From an uncultured virus (IMG/VR IMGVR_UViG_3300025108_000030) (Duplodnaviria; Heunggongvirae; Uroviricota; Caudoviricetes; Kyanoviridae), in IMG/VR virus record IMGVR_UViG_3300025108_000030: 64,000 nt of DNA. One strand, written 5' to 3'. Shown here piece by piece: positions 48,223-56,180 of this stretch. The translations under genes were made by a program, and so were the position numbers. The first letter of the stretch is position 1. Each line of letters starts with the position of its first letter. The notes beneath the pieces are model-generated. The model was given only the letters and a program-made list of their open reading frames with translations, had not been told where the DNA came from and did no database searches.

Positions 48223-49395
48223 ATGACTTATAGAAACGATCCCCCAGAAAATTGCATTCAGTCGGACTACACTAGTAGTTGCCGACTAAATCTAAATGGT
48301 TCTTCCCAGGAACAAATGTTTATGGGAAATCTGATCATCGAGAGTATTGAACTCTATGGTCAAGATATCTATTATCTACCCAGAACATACGTAAATAAAG
48401 ACACGATCTTTCAAGAAGTAGAAAGTAGTAATTTCACACAAGCACTTTCTATCAGAGCATATGTTAATAATGTAGATGGGTGGGAAGGTCAAGGAGAACT
48501 TTTAAGTAAGTTTGGTGTTCGTATTGAAGATAAGACAACCTTTATCTTCTCTAGAACTAAATTTACTGAGAAGGTAGATGATAATGCAGCATTAAATGTG
48601 GAGGGTCGTCCTAATGAGGGTGACCTTATTTGGTTTCCAACAACAAAACATTTGTTTGAGATTAAGTTTGTAGAAGCAGAAAGACCTTTCTATCAGTTAG
48701 GTAAGGGTTATGTTTGGGAATGTCAGTGCGAACTGTTTGAATACAGCGACGAAAAAATTGATACTGGCGTTGCCGAGATTGATGCTATCGAAACTGCCTT
48801 TGCTAATTCCATTAAGTTGGTTATGGATGCTGGCGGTTCGGGAGACTTCACAGTTGGTGAAGAAATTGTCGGTGATCTATATCTTGCTTCAGCAACAGCA
48901 GCAATCACTGGGGACGCAGTAAGTTCCTTTACAATCACTGATGGTGGTGAGCATTATAAATCAGCATTGCCACCTACAGTTACTATTACAGGAGGTGGTG
49001 GAAGTGGAGCGACAGGAACAGCGGTGGTTTCGTCTACAGGGATTGTTACTGGTATCACTGTTTCAAGCGGTGGTACTGGCTACACTAGTGCCCCAACTGT
49101 TACTATTGATTACTCTCCAAAAGACTCCAGAGCAGAAGTCAAGTCCTGGAATAGTTCTTCAAGAGAACTCCAAGTCATCAATAGAACAGGAACCTTCAAT
49201 ACTTCAGAAACAATTAAGGGATTGACATCTAATGCTCTTTGGAGTCCTGAATCCTTTAACACTCTAAATAATACTAATACCGCTGATAGCATCGACCAGA
49301 ACTATAGTTTTGAAACTGCTGATGACGATATTATAGATTTCACTGAGGGGAATCCCTTCGGCACCATTGGTTCCACTACTGATACTACAATCTGA
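48223..49395 (+). CDS. gp14: neck protein gp14 (with inserted GSGY repeat module)
   Basis: ESIELYGQDIYYLPR; LSKFGV; RPNEGDLIWFP...LFEIKFVE...PFYQLGK..VW...CELFEYS. Confidence 0.93.
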   Translation: MTYRNDPPENCIQSDYTSSCRLNLNGSSQEQMFMGNLIIESIELYGQDIYYLPRTYVNKDTIFQEVESSNFTQALSIRAYVNNVDGWEGQGELLSKFGVRIEDKTTFIFSRTKFTEKVDDNAALNVEGRPNEGDLIWFPTTKHLFEIKFVEAERPFYQLGKGYVWECQCELFEYSDEKIDTGVAEIDAIETAFANSIKLVMDAGGSGDFTVGEEIVGDLYLASATAAITGDAVSSFTITDGGEHYKSALPPTVTITGGGGSGATGTAVVSSTGIVTGITVSSGGTGYTSAPTVTIDYSPKDSRAEVKSWNSSSRELQVINRTGTFNTSETIKGLTSNALWSPESFNTLNNTNTADSIDQNYSFETADDDIIDFTEGNPFGTIGSTTDTTI

Positions 49396-50180
49396 TGTTA
49401 GGTACATATTCATATCACGAAGTTTTCAGAAAAACTATTGTAGCGTTTGGTACGCTGTTCAATAATATCGAACTTCGTCGTTCGACTGAAGTGATGAAAG
49501 TTCCTTTGGCATATGGTCCAAAGCAAAAGTTTTTAGCACGTCTTGATCAAAATCCAGACCCTACAAACAAGAGAGTTCAGATTACTGTTCCTAGAATCTC
49601 TTTTGAGATTAATGGTATTCAATATGATTCTAGTAGGAAGGTATCACCTACACAGAAGATTAAATTTGCAAAGGATACTGACGAAAATAAGAACGTGTAT
49701 ATGCCCGTTCCTTATAACTTATCATTTGAATTAGCAATTATCTCTAAAAATCAAGAAGATGGATTGCAAATTTTAGAACAAATTTTACCATTCTTCCAAC
49801 CTCATTTCAATCTAACCGTTAAGTTACTTCCTGATGTAAATGAAATTAAGGATGTTCCTGTTACTTTGACTAGTGTTGACTATGAGGATGAGTATGAGGG
49901 AGACTTCTCTAGTCGTAGAGCAATCATTTATACACTACAGTTTACTGCAAAGACATATCTATACGGTCCTATTACCGATGCGAAGACCATCAAAAAGGTC
50001 ATCACCGATATGTACACCGATACAAATACTTCTTCTGCACCCAGAGAAGTTCGGTACACTATTCAACCAGATCCGTTGGATGCAGATGCAGATGACGATT
50101 TTGGATTTGGTATTGTTGATGAAGACTTCACCGACAATAAGAAACGTAATCCTGTAAGTGGCGCTGACGAGGCAATCTAA
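49395..50180 (+). CDS. gp15: tail sheath stabilizer / tail terminator gp15
   Basis: YHEVFRKTIVAFGTLFNNI; VPLAYGPKQKFL; PRISFE; PVPYNL.FEL; QILEQILPFFQP. Confidence 0.95.
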   Translation: MLGTYSYHEVFRKTIVAFGTLFNNIELRRSTEVMKVPLAYGPKQKFLARLDQNPDPTNKRVQITVPRISFEINGIQYDSSRKVSPTQKIKFAKDTDENKNVYMPVPYNLSFELAIISKNQEDGLQILEQILPFFQPHFNLTVKLLPDVNEIKDVPVTLTSVDYEDEYEGDFSSRRAIIYTLQFTAKTYLYGPITDAKTIKKVITDMYTDTNTSSAPREVRYTIQPDPLDADADDDFGFGIVDEDFTDNKKRNPVSGADEAI

Positions 50181-50611
50181 TGACAACTCCTTTTGATGGT
50201 TTGAATGATGCGTTTGGGGCAGAACCTACTGAACTCCAAAAACATGTGGAAAAAGTGAAAACTGAAATAAAGAAAACTGATACTCCTGAAGTGAAGCAGG
50301 ATTATGAGATTACTCGCGCCCAACTTCACAATCTAGTCATGAAAGGACAGGAGGCAGTAGATGGCATTCTTGATGTGGCACGAGCGTCAGATCATCCTCG
50401 TGCTTATGAAGTTGCAGGCCAACTCATTAAGAACGTAGCAGATACTGCTGATAAACTCATTGACCTACAAAAGAAGATGAAGGAGTTAGATGCCGATGAG
50501 AAGAAGTCAGGCCCGTCTACTGTTAATAACACGATGTTTATTGGCAGTACTGCGGACTTACAGAAGATGTTAAAGAAGCAAAAGGAGATAAATAATACTG
50601 ACACGAAATAA
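50180..50611 (+). CDS. gp16: terminase small subunit gp16
   Basis: DYEITRAQL..LV.KGQEA...L.VA..SDHPRAYEVAGQLIK; FIGST.DLQKML. Confidence 0.93.
   Translation: MTTPFDGLNDAFGAEPTELQKHVEKVKTEIKKTDTPEVKQDYEITRAQLHNLVMKGQEAVDGILDVARASDHPRAYEVAGQLIKNVADTADKLIDLQKKMKELDADEKKSGPSTVNNTMFIGSTADLQKMLKKQKEINNTDTK
50587..50594 (+). promoter_or_regulatory. T4-type late promoter
   Basis: GATAAATA at the end of gp16, upstream of ORF 50624. Confidence 0.6.
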
Positions 50612-50623
50612 CTCGACACGACA

Positions 50624-51163
50624 ATGCCTGTATTAAAAGTATTAAATACGAACGCTGTTGCAGGATCTGCAACTGAATATCAAGTAGTGCAAACTGGATA
50701 CTATAGAGTGCTTGCTACAGCAGCAGCATCTACTGTATCATTCAACGGTGGACCTGCTATCACACTGGTACAGAATGAAGCACTTCTACTTAAGTCGGGA
50801 GCAAAACCTGGTCAAGCAAGAATTGTAAAGGGTGTCGATGATGCCACTGCAGATTATCAACTTGGAACTAATCTTGGTGAAGTTAGCAACACACATCCAT
50901 TCTCAGTAGATGACTTCATTGCTGTAGAAGATGCTAGTACATCTCCTGCAATTGATGCTGCTTTCTTGTCAGCAGGAACAGTAGGTAAGAAAGTTACTGC
51001 AACAACTTCCAATTCTATTAGCACTGATATTGATTCTTCTGCTGCATCTGCTGATTACACTTATGCTTACAGTGGACCTCAAGCAGTAGTCAAGCGTTGT
51101 GTACAAATCACAGCAGGTTCTGGTGCTATTGTCGTCGAAGAAGTACAGGTCGTAGGTGCCTGA
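50624..51163 (+). CDS. hypothetical, probable late/virion protein
   Basis: 179-aa Ala/Thr/Val-rich ORF preceded by a late promoter motif. Confidence 0.7.
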   Translation: MPVLKVLNTNAVAGSATEYQVVQTGYYRVLATAAASTVSFNGGPAITLVQNEALLLKSGAKPGQARIVKGVDDATADYQLGTNLGEVSNTHPFSVDDFIAVEDASTSPAIDAAFLSAGTVGKKVTATTSNSISTDIDSSAASADYTYAYSGPQAVVKRCVQITAGSGAIVVEEVQVVGA

Positions 51164-51164
51164 T

Positions 51165-52445
51165 ATGGCGAAAGGTTTTGCATCAGATATTCCACCTGCC
51201 GTTAATGGTACTGCTAAGAAATACATTAGGGGTATGATGAAGCGTAAAGATAGGTGGAGTAAACTCTATGGGGGTCGCTCCAAAGAGGTGATGCATAAGA
51301 CTGCAAACAAAATGGCTATGGGAGAGATGTCTAAAATGCCACCAACATATAACGATCTATTCGGAGAAGCAAACAAGTCTGGAGATAATTCTCTTCGTGA
51401 CTGGTTTGGAAAGAGTAAGTCATCTGATGGAACACCTGGTTGGGTGCAACTTGGTGGTAAGTATGCAGGAAAACCTTGTGCAAAGCAACCTGGTCAGACT
51501 ACTAAACCCAAATGCGGGTCTAGTAAGATGAAAAGAAACCTAAATAAAGGCGAGGAAGAAGCAGCATTCCGTCGCAAAAATGCTGAAGATCCAAATCCAG
51601 ATCGTAAAGGGAAGGCAAAAAACGTGAAGACAGAAGATCTCGACCTTAAATTGATGTCTAAAGAACTTGATGGCGCATCTAAGATGCACAAGGGTCAGTC
51701 TGAGCGCATCAAAAAACATCTAAAGAAGATGAAGAAAGAAGAAACTATTAGCGAAAGAGGCGATTTCTGGCATCCCGATCCTAAAGAAGATCGTAAGTTG
51801 GGTGGTCCTGGTGCAAACCAGCGTGCTCGTGAAGATCGTGCTGCAGCATCTAAACCAAAAACAGACTCTAAGAAACTAAGACCAGGTGAATCTTACATGG
51901 ATTGGAACAAACGTCAGAAAGCAAATAAGATGAAGAAAGAAGAATTTGTCAATGAGAAAGCAGGCGAGAAAGATGCTTGCTATAAGAAAGTAAAAGCAAG
52001 TGCGAAGGTCTGGCCTTCTGCATATGCTAGTGGTAGATTAGTCCAGTGCCGTAAGAAAGGTGCTGCTAACTATGGTAATAAGTCTGAAGGAATGTCATTC
52101 CAACAGTTTCAAGAGAAGTGTTGGCAGGGATATAAAAAAGTTGGTATGAAAAAGAAAGGTGGCAAACTAGTACCAAATTGCGTCCCAGAACAAGTAACAA
52201 ATGAAGGAGCAGCCTGGACAAAAAAATCAGGAAAAAACTCCGAAGGAGGACTTAATGAAAAAGGACGAAAGTCTTACGAAAAGGAAAATCCAGGATCTGA
52301 CCTCAAAGCACCAAGCACAAAGGTTGGAAATCCCCGCAGGGCATCCTTCTGCGCTAGAATGAAAGGCATGAGAAAGAGACAGAAAGCATCCAACAACACT
52401 GGTGATGACCGTCTGTCGAAGTCACTTAGGAAGTGGAATTGCTGA
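51165..52445 (+). CDS. basic modular protein (candidate processed internal head protein)
   Basis: ATG at 51165 after AGGTG; Lys-rich modules (KDACYKKVK...WPSAYASG.LVQCRK; CWQGYKKVGMK.K.GK.VPNCVP; AAW.KK.GKN..GGLN.KGR...RRASFCARM) separated by Glu-ending linkers. Confidence 0.8.
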   Translation: MAKGFASDIPPAVNGTAKKYIRGMMKRKDRWSKLYGGRSKEVMHKTANKMAMGEMSKMPPTYNDLFGEANKSGDNSLRDWFGKSKSSDGTPGWVQLGGKYAGKPCAKQPGQTTKPKCGSSKMKRNLNKGEEEAAFRRKNAEDPNPDRKGKAKNVKTEDLDLKLMSKELDGASKMHKGQSERIKKHLKKMKKEETISERGDFWHPDPKEDRKLGGPGANQRAREDRAAASKPKTDSKKLRPGESYMDWNKRQKANKMKKEEFVNEKAGEKDACYKKVKASAKVWPSAYASGRLVQCRKKGAANYGNKSEGMSFQQFQEKCWQGYKKVGMKKKGGKLVPNCVPEQVTNEGAAWTKKSGKNSEGGLNEKGRKSYEKENPGSDLKAPSTKVGNPRRASFCARMKGMRKRQKASNNTGDDRLSKSLRKWNC

Positions 52446-52515
52446 TATCTTAACACTGTGTAACTGACAACTTGGGTAAATAGTACTATACTTGTCTCAA
52501 CAAGGTGGTACTATT

Positions 52516-52728
52516 ATGGTTTCATTTTACCTATCCGTTACTATTTTCATTTTGTTTGTAGCGTATGCAGGCACCGAAAATGTAATGAGGTTATTTGCAT
52601 TCCTAGATTTAGAACTGCGTTGGCATTGGGTTATATTCCGTAGTTATTTTATCAGAAGAGATTTAGAAGTTCGACTAGGATTTCCCAAGACAAGTTTTAT
52701 ACAACACTACAAAACATATGGAAAGTAA
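52516..52728 (+). CDS. hypothetical membrane protein
   Basis: ATG at 52516 after AGGTGG; hydrophobic N-terminus; late-like GGTAAATA at 52475-52482. Confidence 0.65.
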   Translation: MVSFYLSVTIFILFVAYAGTENVMRLFAFLDLELRWHWVIFRSYFIRRDLEVRLGFPKTSFIQHYKTYGK

Positions 52729-53011
52729 AGAAGTATCAGAATTATCTCTGTCTAGAGTAGAATGTGGAAAATGTGGTGCTATTTGGATTAATGGAAAGCA
52801 CGTATTCAGTGGAACTGCTGCTTCATATGACAATAGTGAACTAGATCTTGCTGGTCTGGTATGTAATAAGTACGGAAATGAGCAATGCATCAACCCAAAG
52901 AAAGGGCAAGACGGAGGACAAACTTGGGAGTATAGATCTGGATTTGTCGATGGTGCAATAAAGGCAAAGAGAGATGCTTTAGATGGACTCAATAACATGA
53001 TGAATCCCTGA
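52718..53011 (+). CDS. hypothetical protein with four Cys (CxxC plus two)
   Basis: ECGKCGAIWING...LAGLVCNKYGNEQCINP. Confidence 0.75.
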   Translation: MESKEVSELSLSRVECGKCGAIWINGKHVFSGTAASYDNSELDLAGLVCNKYGNEQCINPKKGQDGGQTWEYRSGFVDGAIKAKRDALDGLNNMMNP

Positions 53012-53078
53012 CATAGACTATTAAATCATAGTTAAATTTTATACTTCATGAGTAAATAGATTCAGTTACTATTTGTTT

Positions 53079-53402
53079 ATGAAGTTTTTTATTACACTTC
53101 TTACTGTGATGTTTTTTGCTGCGCCAGTATGGGCAGTTGACATTAAAATGGGTTCAAACGGGAACTTGATTTTTGATCCATCCGATGTTACAATTGATGC
53201 AGGCGATACTGTACATTTTATAAATGACATGTTGCCTCCTCACAACATTATTGTTGAGGGTCGTGCAGATCTTTCCAGAGAATCTTTAATGTTTGCTCCT
53301 GGAGAATCTCAAGACATTTTGTTTGCTGATGCTGGAGATTACAATTTCTTTTGTGGTCCTCATCAAGGAGCAGGCATGACAGGTATTATTCACGTAAATT
53401 AA
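53079..53402 (+). CDS. petE: plastocyanin
   Basis: Signal peptide ending [33 protein letters not shown] type-1 copper ligands; late-like AGTAAATA at 53051-53058. Confidence 0.95.
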   Translation: MKFFITLLTVMFFAAPVWAVDIKMGSNGNLIFDPSDVTIDAGDTVHFINDMLPPHNIIVEGRADLSRESLMFAPGESQDILFADAGDYNFFCGPHQGAGMTGIIHVN

Positions 53403-53404
53403 TT

Positions 53405-53695
53405 ATGACATACAATGTTACTCTCCAGTCTCCTGACGGCACCGAAGCTGTCATTCAATGCGAGGCAGACCAATACATTCTCGAAGCGGCAGAAGAAGCA
53501 GGTGTTGATTTACCTTCTTCGTGTAAAGCAGGGGCTTGTTCAGCGTGCGCTGGCAAACTCGTCTCTGGCACCGTAGATAATGAAGAGCAATCTTTCCTCG
53601 ATGATGATCAACTTGAAGACGGGTGGGTTCTCACTTGTGTGGCATATCCTACTAGCGATTGCGTAATTTTAACCGAACAAGAAGAAAATCTATGA
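53405..53695 (+). CDS. petF: plant-type [2Fe-2S] ferredoxin
   Basis: MTYNVTL...[28 protein letters not shown]...QSFLDDDQ...[15 protein letters not shown] at 53405. Confidence 0.96.
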   Translation: MTYNVTLQSPDGTEAVIQCEADQYILEAAEEAGVDLPSSCKAGACSACAGKLVSGTVDNEEQSFLDDDQLEDGWVLTCVAYPTSDCVILTEQEENL

Positions 53696-53823
53696 CCTTC
53701 GCCCATGTCTTACTTTTCGGATCACTACCCTTCATATGTGCCACCATTTATTTCGGGCACAGAAAAGGTGAGAATATCTATTATGAAAGCGACAAGTACG
53801 ACGGAAATGGAACAGCGCATTAG
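53692..53823 (+). CDS. ndhP: NdhP-like small subunit of NDH-1L (43 aa)
   Basis: Read by hand: [43 protein letters not shown]; single TM, then FG..KG...YY..D.Y.GNG(T/S)AH as in cyanobacterial NdhP; ATGA overlap with the petF stop. Confidence 0.85.
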   Translation: MTFAHVLLFGSLPFICATIYFGHRKGENIYYESDKYDGNGTAH

Positions 53824-54013
53824 AATGAGATATGCGTTTGCAATGTCCTCCTTTGGGAGGATGTTTCGACCAGATCATATTACACTGGAGATGAGAGATC
53901 TTTGTAATGAATGGTCTCAGATTGAAGAGCAACCACCTCAGGGAGATTTATATCTGGTCGATAGATATTTCTTAGAACTTTGGAAAGCATGGTTATTGAA
54001 ATCAGCATCATAA
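53807..54013 (+). CDS. hypothetical protein
   Basis: [20 protein letters not shown]...; start moved from 53705 to 53807 because the upstream part is occupied by ndhP in another frame. Confidence 0.65.
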   Translation: MEQRIRMRYAFAMSSFGRMFRPDHITLEMRDLCNEWSQIEEQPPQGDLYLVDRYFLELWKAWLLKSAS

Positions 54014-54069
54014 TAATCTATTGTTTATTTGGATTATTTCTATTCATCCTATCGGTTTTACAAGAATGA
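53989..54069 (+). CDS. 26-aa single-TM peptide (MVIEISIIIIYCLFGLFLFILSVLQE)
   Basis: Read by hand; stop overlaps the next ATG (ATGA at 54066-54069). Confidence 0.5.
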   Translation: MVIEISIIIIYCLFGLFLFILSVLQE

Positions 54070-54218
54070 TGTTACAGTTTGCTAGATTTTGCGGAACAGT
54101 ATTAAACAATCCTTGGGGAGTTGGAGTCTTGGCATGGTGCCTAGTCTTCGTCCCCATTATTGGTATGTGGGCAGTACATAAATACGATTGGCAACATTGG
54201 GAACCATTCCACAAATGA
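54066..54218 (+). CDS. 50-aa membrane protein (…LAWCLVFVPIIGMWAVHKYDWQHWEPF)
   Basis: ATG at 54066 within ORF-track 54021-54218; one TM followed by a Trp/His-rich tail; ATGA overlaps at both ends. Confidence 0.7.
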   Translation: MMLQFARFCGTVLNNPWGVGVLAWCLVFVPIIGMWAVHKYDWQHWEPFHK

Positions 54219-54313
54219 GTTTGTTTATTGTATTTGGTCTGCTAATACCACTCTCTTTAATCCTTATAGTGATGAAACTGTCTCTCTGGATTAAATCTAT
54301 AAATGATGAATAA
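54215..54313 (+). CDS. 32-aa single-TM peptide (MSLFIVFGLLIPLSLILIVMKLSLWIKSINDE)
   Basis: Read by hand; ATGA overlap upstream and TAATG overlap downstream; fills the gap exactly. Confidence 0.6.
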   Translation: MSLFIVFGLLIPLSLILIVMKLSLWIKSINDE

Positions 54314-54522
54314 TGAATTTACTATTACGTCCTCTTGAGAATGCCAATGACCCTGTGTGGTCTGTAATCATATGTGTGATACTTGCTGTTGCAGGTGCAT
54401 TGTTTGTAGTTGTATACATACTAAGAGAAGCATTTGCAGAATTAGAAGATGGGCGCAATGACACCACCGAGCAGAAAGAGCTGCTACAACTTCCGAGTGA
54501 CGGAGATCAACCGTGTCCTTGA
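54313..54522 (+). CDS. small membrane protein, weakly NdhQ-like
   Basis: ENANDPVWSVIICVILAVAGALFVVVYILREAFA single TM; TAATG-coupled. Confidence 0.65.
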   Translation: MNLLLRPLENANDPVWSVIICVILAVAGALFVVVYILREAFAELEDGRNDTTEQKELLQLPSDGDQPCP

Positions 54523-54910
54523 TGGTGATACTATTGATGTTACTATCGACCTCGGGTTTGATCTATACAAGAAAGAAAGAGTTAGAGTTGCAGGCGTTGA
54601 TACGCCAGAAAAGAGGACGCGAAACCTAGAGGAGAAAGCACTTGGAATCGACGCAACCAACTGGCTCAAAGAGAAACTGGAATCGACTATCGCTGGTGAT
54701 GATGAGTTGTCTGTTAGGACTGAACTTGTTGGTGGGGTTGGCAAATATGGGCGTCTTCTTGGCTGGTTATACATTGGGGACGAGTCAGTGTCGCTCAACG
54801 AGCAAATGATCGAAGAGGGTTATGCTCATGCCTATGATGGAGGCACTAAGGATATGAATCTCGAAGCACTGAAAGAGATTCGTCGTGAGCACGGCACATT
54901 AGTAGAGTAA
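54449..54910 (+). CDS. thermonuclease (SNase-like) family nuclease
   Basis: RVLDGDTIDV, RVRVAGVDTPE, KYGRLLGWLY and LNEQMIEEGYA SNase motifs. Confidence 0.88.
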   Translation: MGAMTPPSRKSCYNFRVTEINRVLDGDTIDVTIDLGFDLYKKERVRVAGVDTPEKRTRNLEEKALGIDATNWLKEKLESTIAGDDELSVRTELVGGVGKYGRLLGWLYIGDESVSLNEQMIEEGYAHAYDGGTKDMNLEALKEIRREHGTLVE

Positions 54911-54913
54911 TAA

Positions 54914-54921
54914 TATAAATA
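54914..54921 (+). promoter_or_regulatory. T4-type late promoter
   Basis: Perfect TATAAATA upstream of the glycine-rich gene. Confidence 0.75.
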
Positions 54922-54948
54922 CCTTGGAGAAGTCCCAGGTTTATTTGC

Positions 54949-56010
54949 ATGTCGGAATTAAATGTAGGAACAATTAATGCTACTAATGTCAACACTTCTA
55001 ATGTAAGTGCTACGAGTGACGTTGATGTTGATGGGGACTTTACTATTCCCAATAAGACTAATAGTACTCGTCCATCAGCACCTCCTACAGGTACAGTTAT
55101 TCATAACACCGAAGAGGATAAGCAGCAAGTTTATAATGGTACTGAATGGAAAACTATTGGTGGAGATATAGTTGCTACCCAATATAAGATTCAATGCTGG
55201 GGTGCTGGTGGTGGCGGTGGAACTAGTGGTGGATGGAGTTATGGTGCCGAAGGTGGCGGTGGTGGATATATTGAAGCAAATGTATCGGGACTGACGTCAG
55301 GAAACACTCTTTACATTCGTGTCGGTGAAGGTGGATTAGTTAATGGTACTCGTATGTCGTATGGTGGTGGCGGTGAAGCAAACCGCGCTGGTGGTGATAA
55401 TAGGTATGGTTCTAATGGTGGTGGTGCAACTGGGGTATTCCTTGGATCTGTAGCTCATGGTAATACAATACTGATTGCTGGTGGTGGAGGTGGCGGCGGA
55501 TCATCCAGAAACCAAGAGGGTAATATTGGTGGTGCTGGTGGTGGTCCTACTGGTCAAGATGGCGTTTCTGCTTATGATGATAAGTGGCAATATCGTGGCA
55601 GAGGTGGTGGAGCAACTGAAGGTGGTAGAAATAACCAGCAGGGAGCTTCGTATTCAGCTCAAGCATTAGAGGGAGGATCTGCTGCATCTAATGGTTATGG
55701 TGGCGCTGGTGGCGGAGGATATTATGGCGGCAGTGCTGGAGGTTACTCTGAACAGCACACAATGGCAGGTGGTGGCGGTGGATCTGGATATGCAGATTCC
55801 ACATATTGTAATGATGTGCGAAACTATCGTGGAGAATATCGTATGCCAGCTGGTGCTGGTGAAGCTGGATATCCTGGTGGTGGTCTTTCATTTGGCGGTA
55901 ATTCTAATGCATCTGCTGGTGGTCATGGATACTGTAGAATTACAGATGCTAATGGGACAGTAACAACTTATACATATACAGGTTCGGATGTAACTATAAC
56001 AGTACCATGA
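54949..56010 (+). CDS. glycine-rich virion protein (fiber-like N-terminus plus polyglycine domain)
   Basis: RPS.P..G.V.HNT....QVYNGTEW fiber motif; CWGAGGGGG, VGEGG, LIAGGGGGGG and GGGGYYGG repeats. Confidence 0.8.
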   Translation: MSELNVGTINATNVNTSNVSATSDVDVDGDFTIPNKTNSTRPSAPPTGTVIHNTEEDKQQVYNGTEWKTIGGDIVATQYKIQCWGAGGGGGTSGGWSYGAEGGGGGYIEANVSGLTSGNTLYIRVGEGGLVNGTRMSYGGGGEANRAGGDNRYGSNGGGATGVFLGSVAHGNTILIAGGGGGGGSSRNQEGNIGGAGGGPTGQDGVSAYDDKWQYRGRGGGATEGGRNNQQGASYSAQALEGGSAASNGYGGAGGGGYYGGSAGGYSEQHTMAGGGGGSGYADSTYCNDVRNYRGEYRMPAGAGEAGYPGGGLSFGGNSNASAGGHGYCRITDANGTVTTYTYTGSDVTITVP

Positions 56011-56180
56011 TCTTTGACTTGAGTGTGGATGACTATGCAATCATCCTAAATGCATTACATTACTATAAAAAAACTGAGAAGAAAGGTAATTTCAAACAGT
56101 ATAATGAGGAGAGAATAAATAAATTAAGGGATAAAATGGCGTATCAACTTATCCCTAGTCCTGAAAGTGAACCGACATAA
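56007..56180 (+). CDS. 57-aa hypothetical protein
   Basis: Read by hand: MIFDLSVDDYAIILNALHYYKK...; ATGA overlap upstream, TAATG overlap with gp17. Confidence 0.7.
   Translation: MIFDLSVDDYAIILNALHYYKKTEKKGNFKQYNEERINKLRDKMAYQLIPSPESEPT

Noticed and set aside
50245..52771. Isolated TGTGGAAAA copies at 50245 and 52763
   Set aside because: Single copies inside coding sequence without clustering; compatible with chance
53351..53404. Extended N-terminus of ferredoxin in the ORF track
   Set aside because: Lies inside petE; ferredoxin homology starts at ATG 53405
53705..53806. N-terminal extension of ORF 53705-54013
   Set aside because: Overlaps the ndhP-like ORF in another frame; ATG 53807 gives normal coupling
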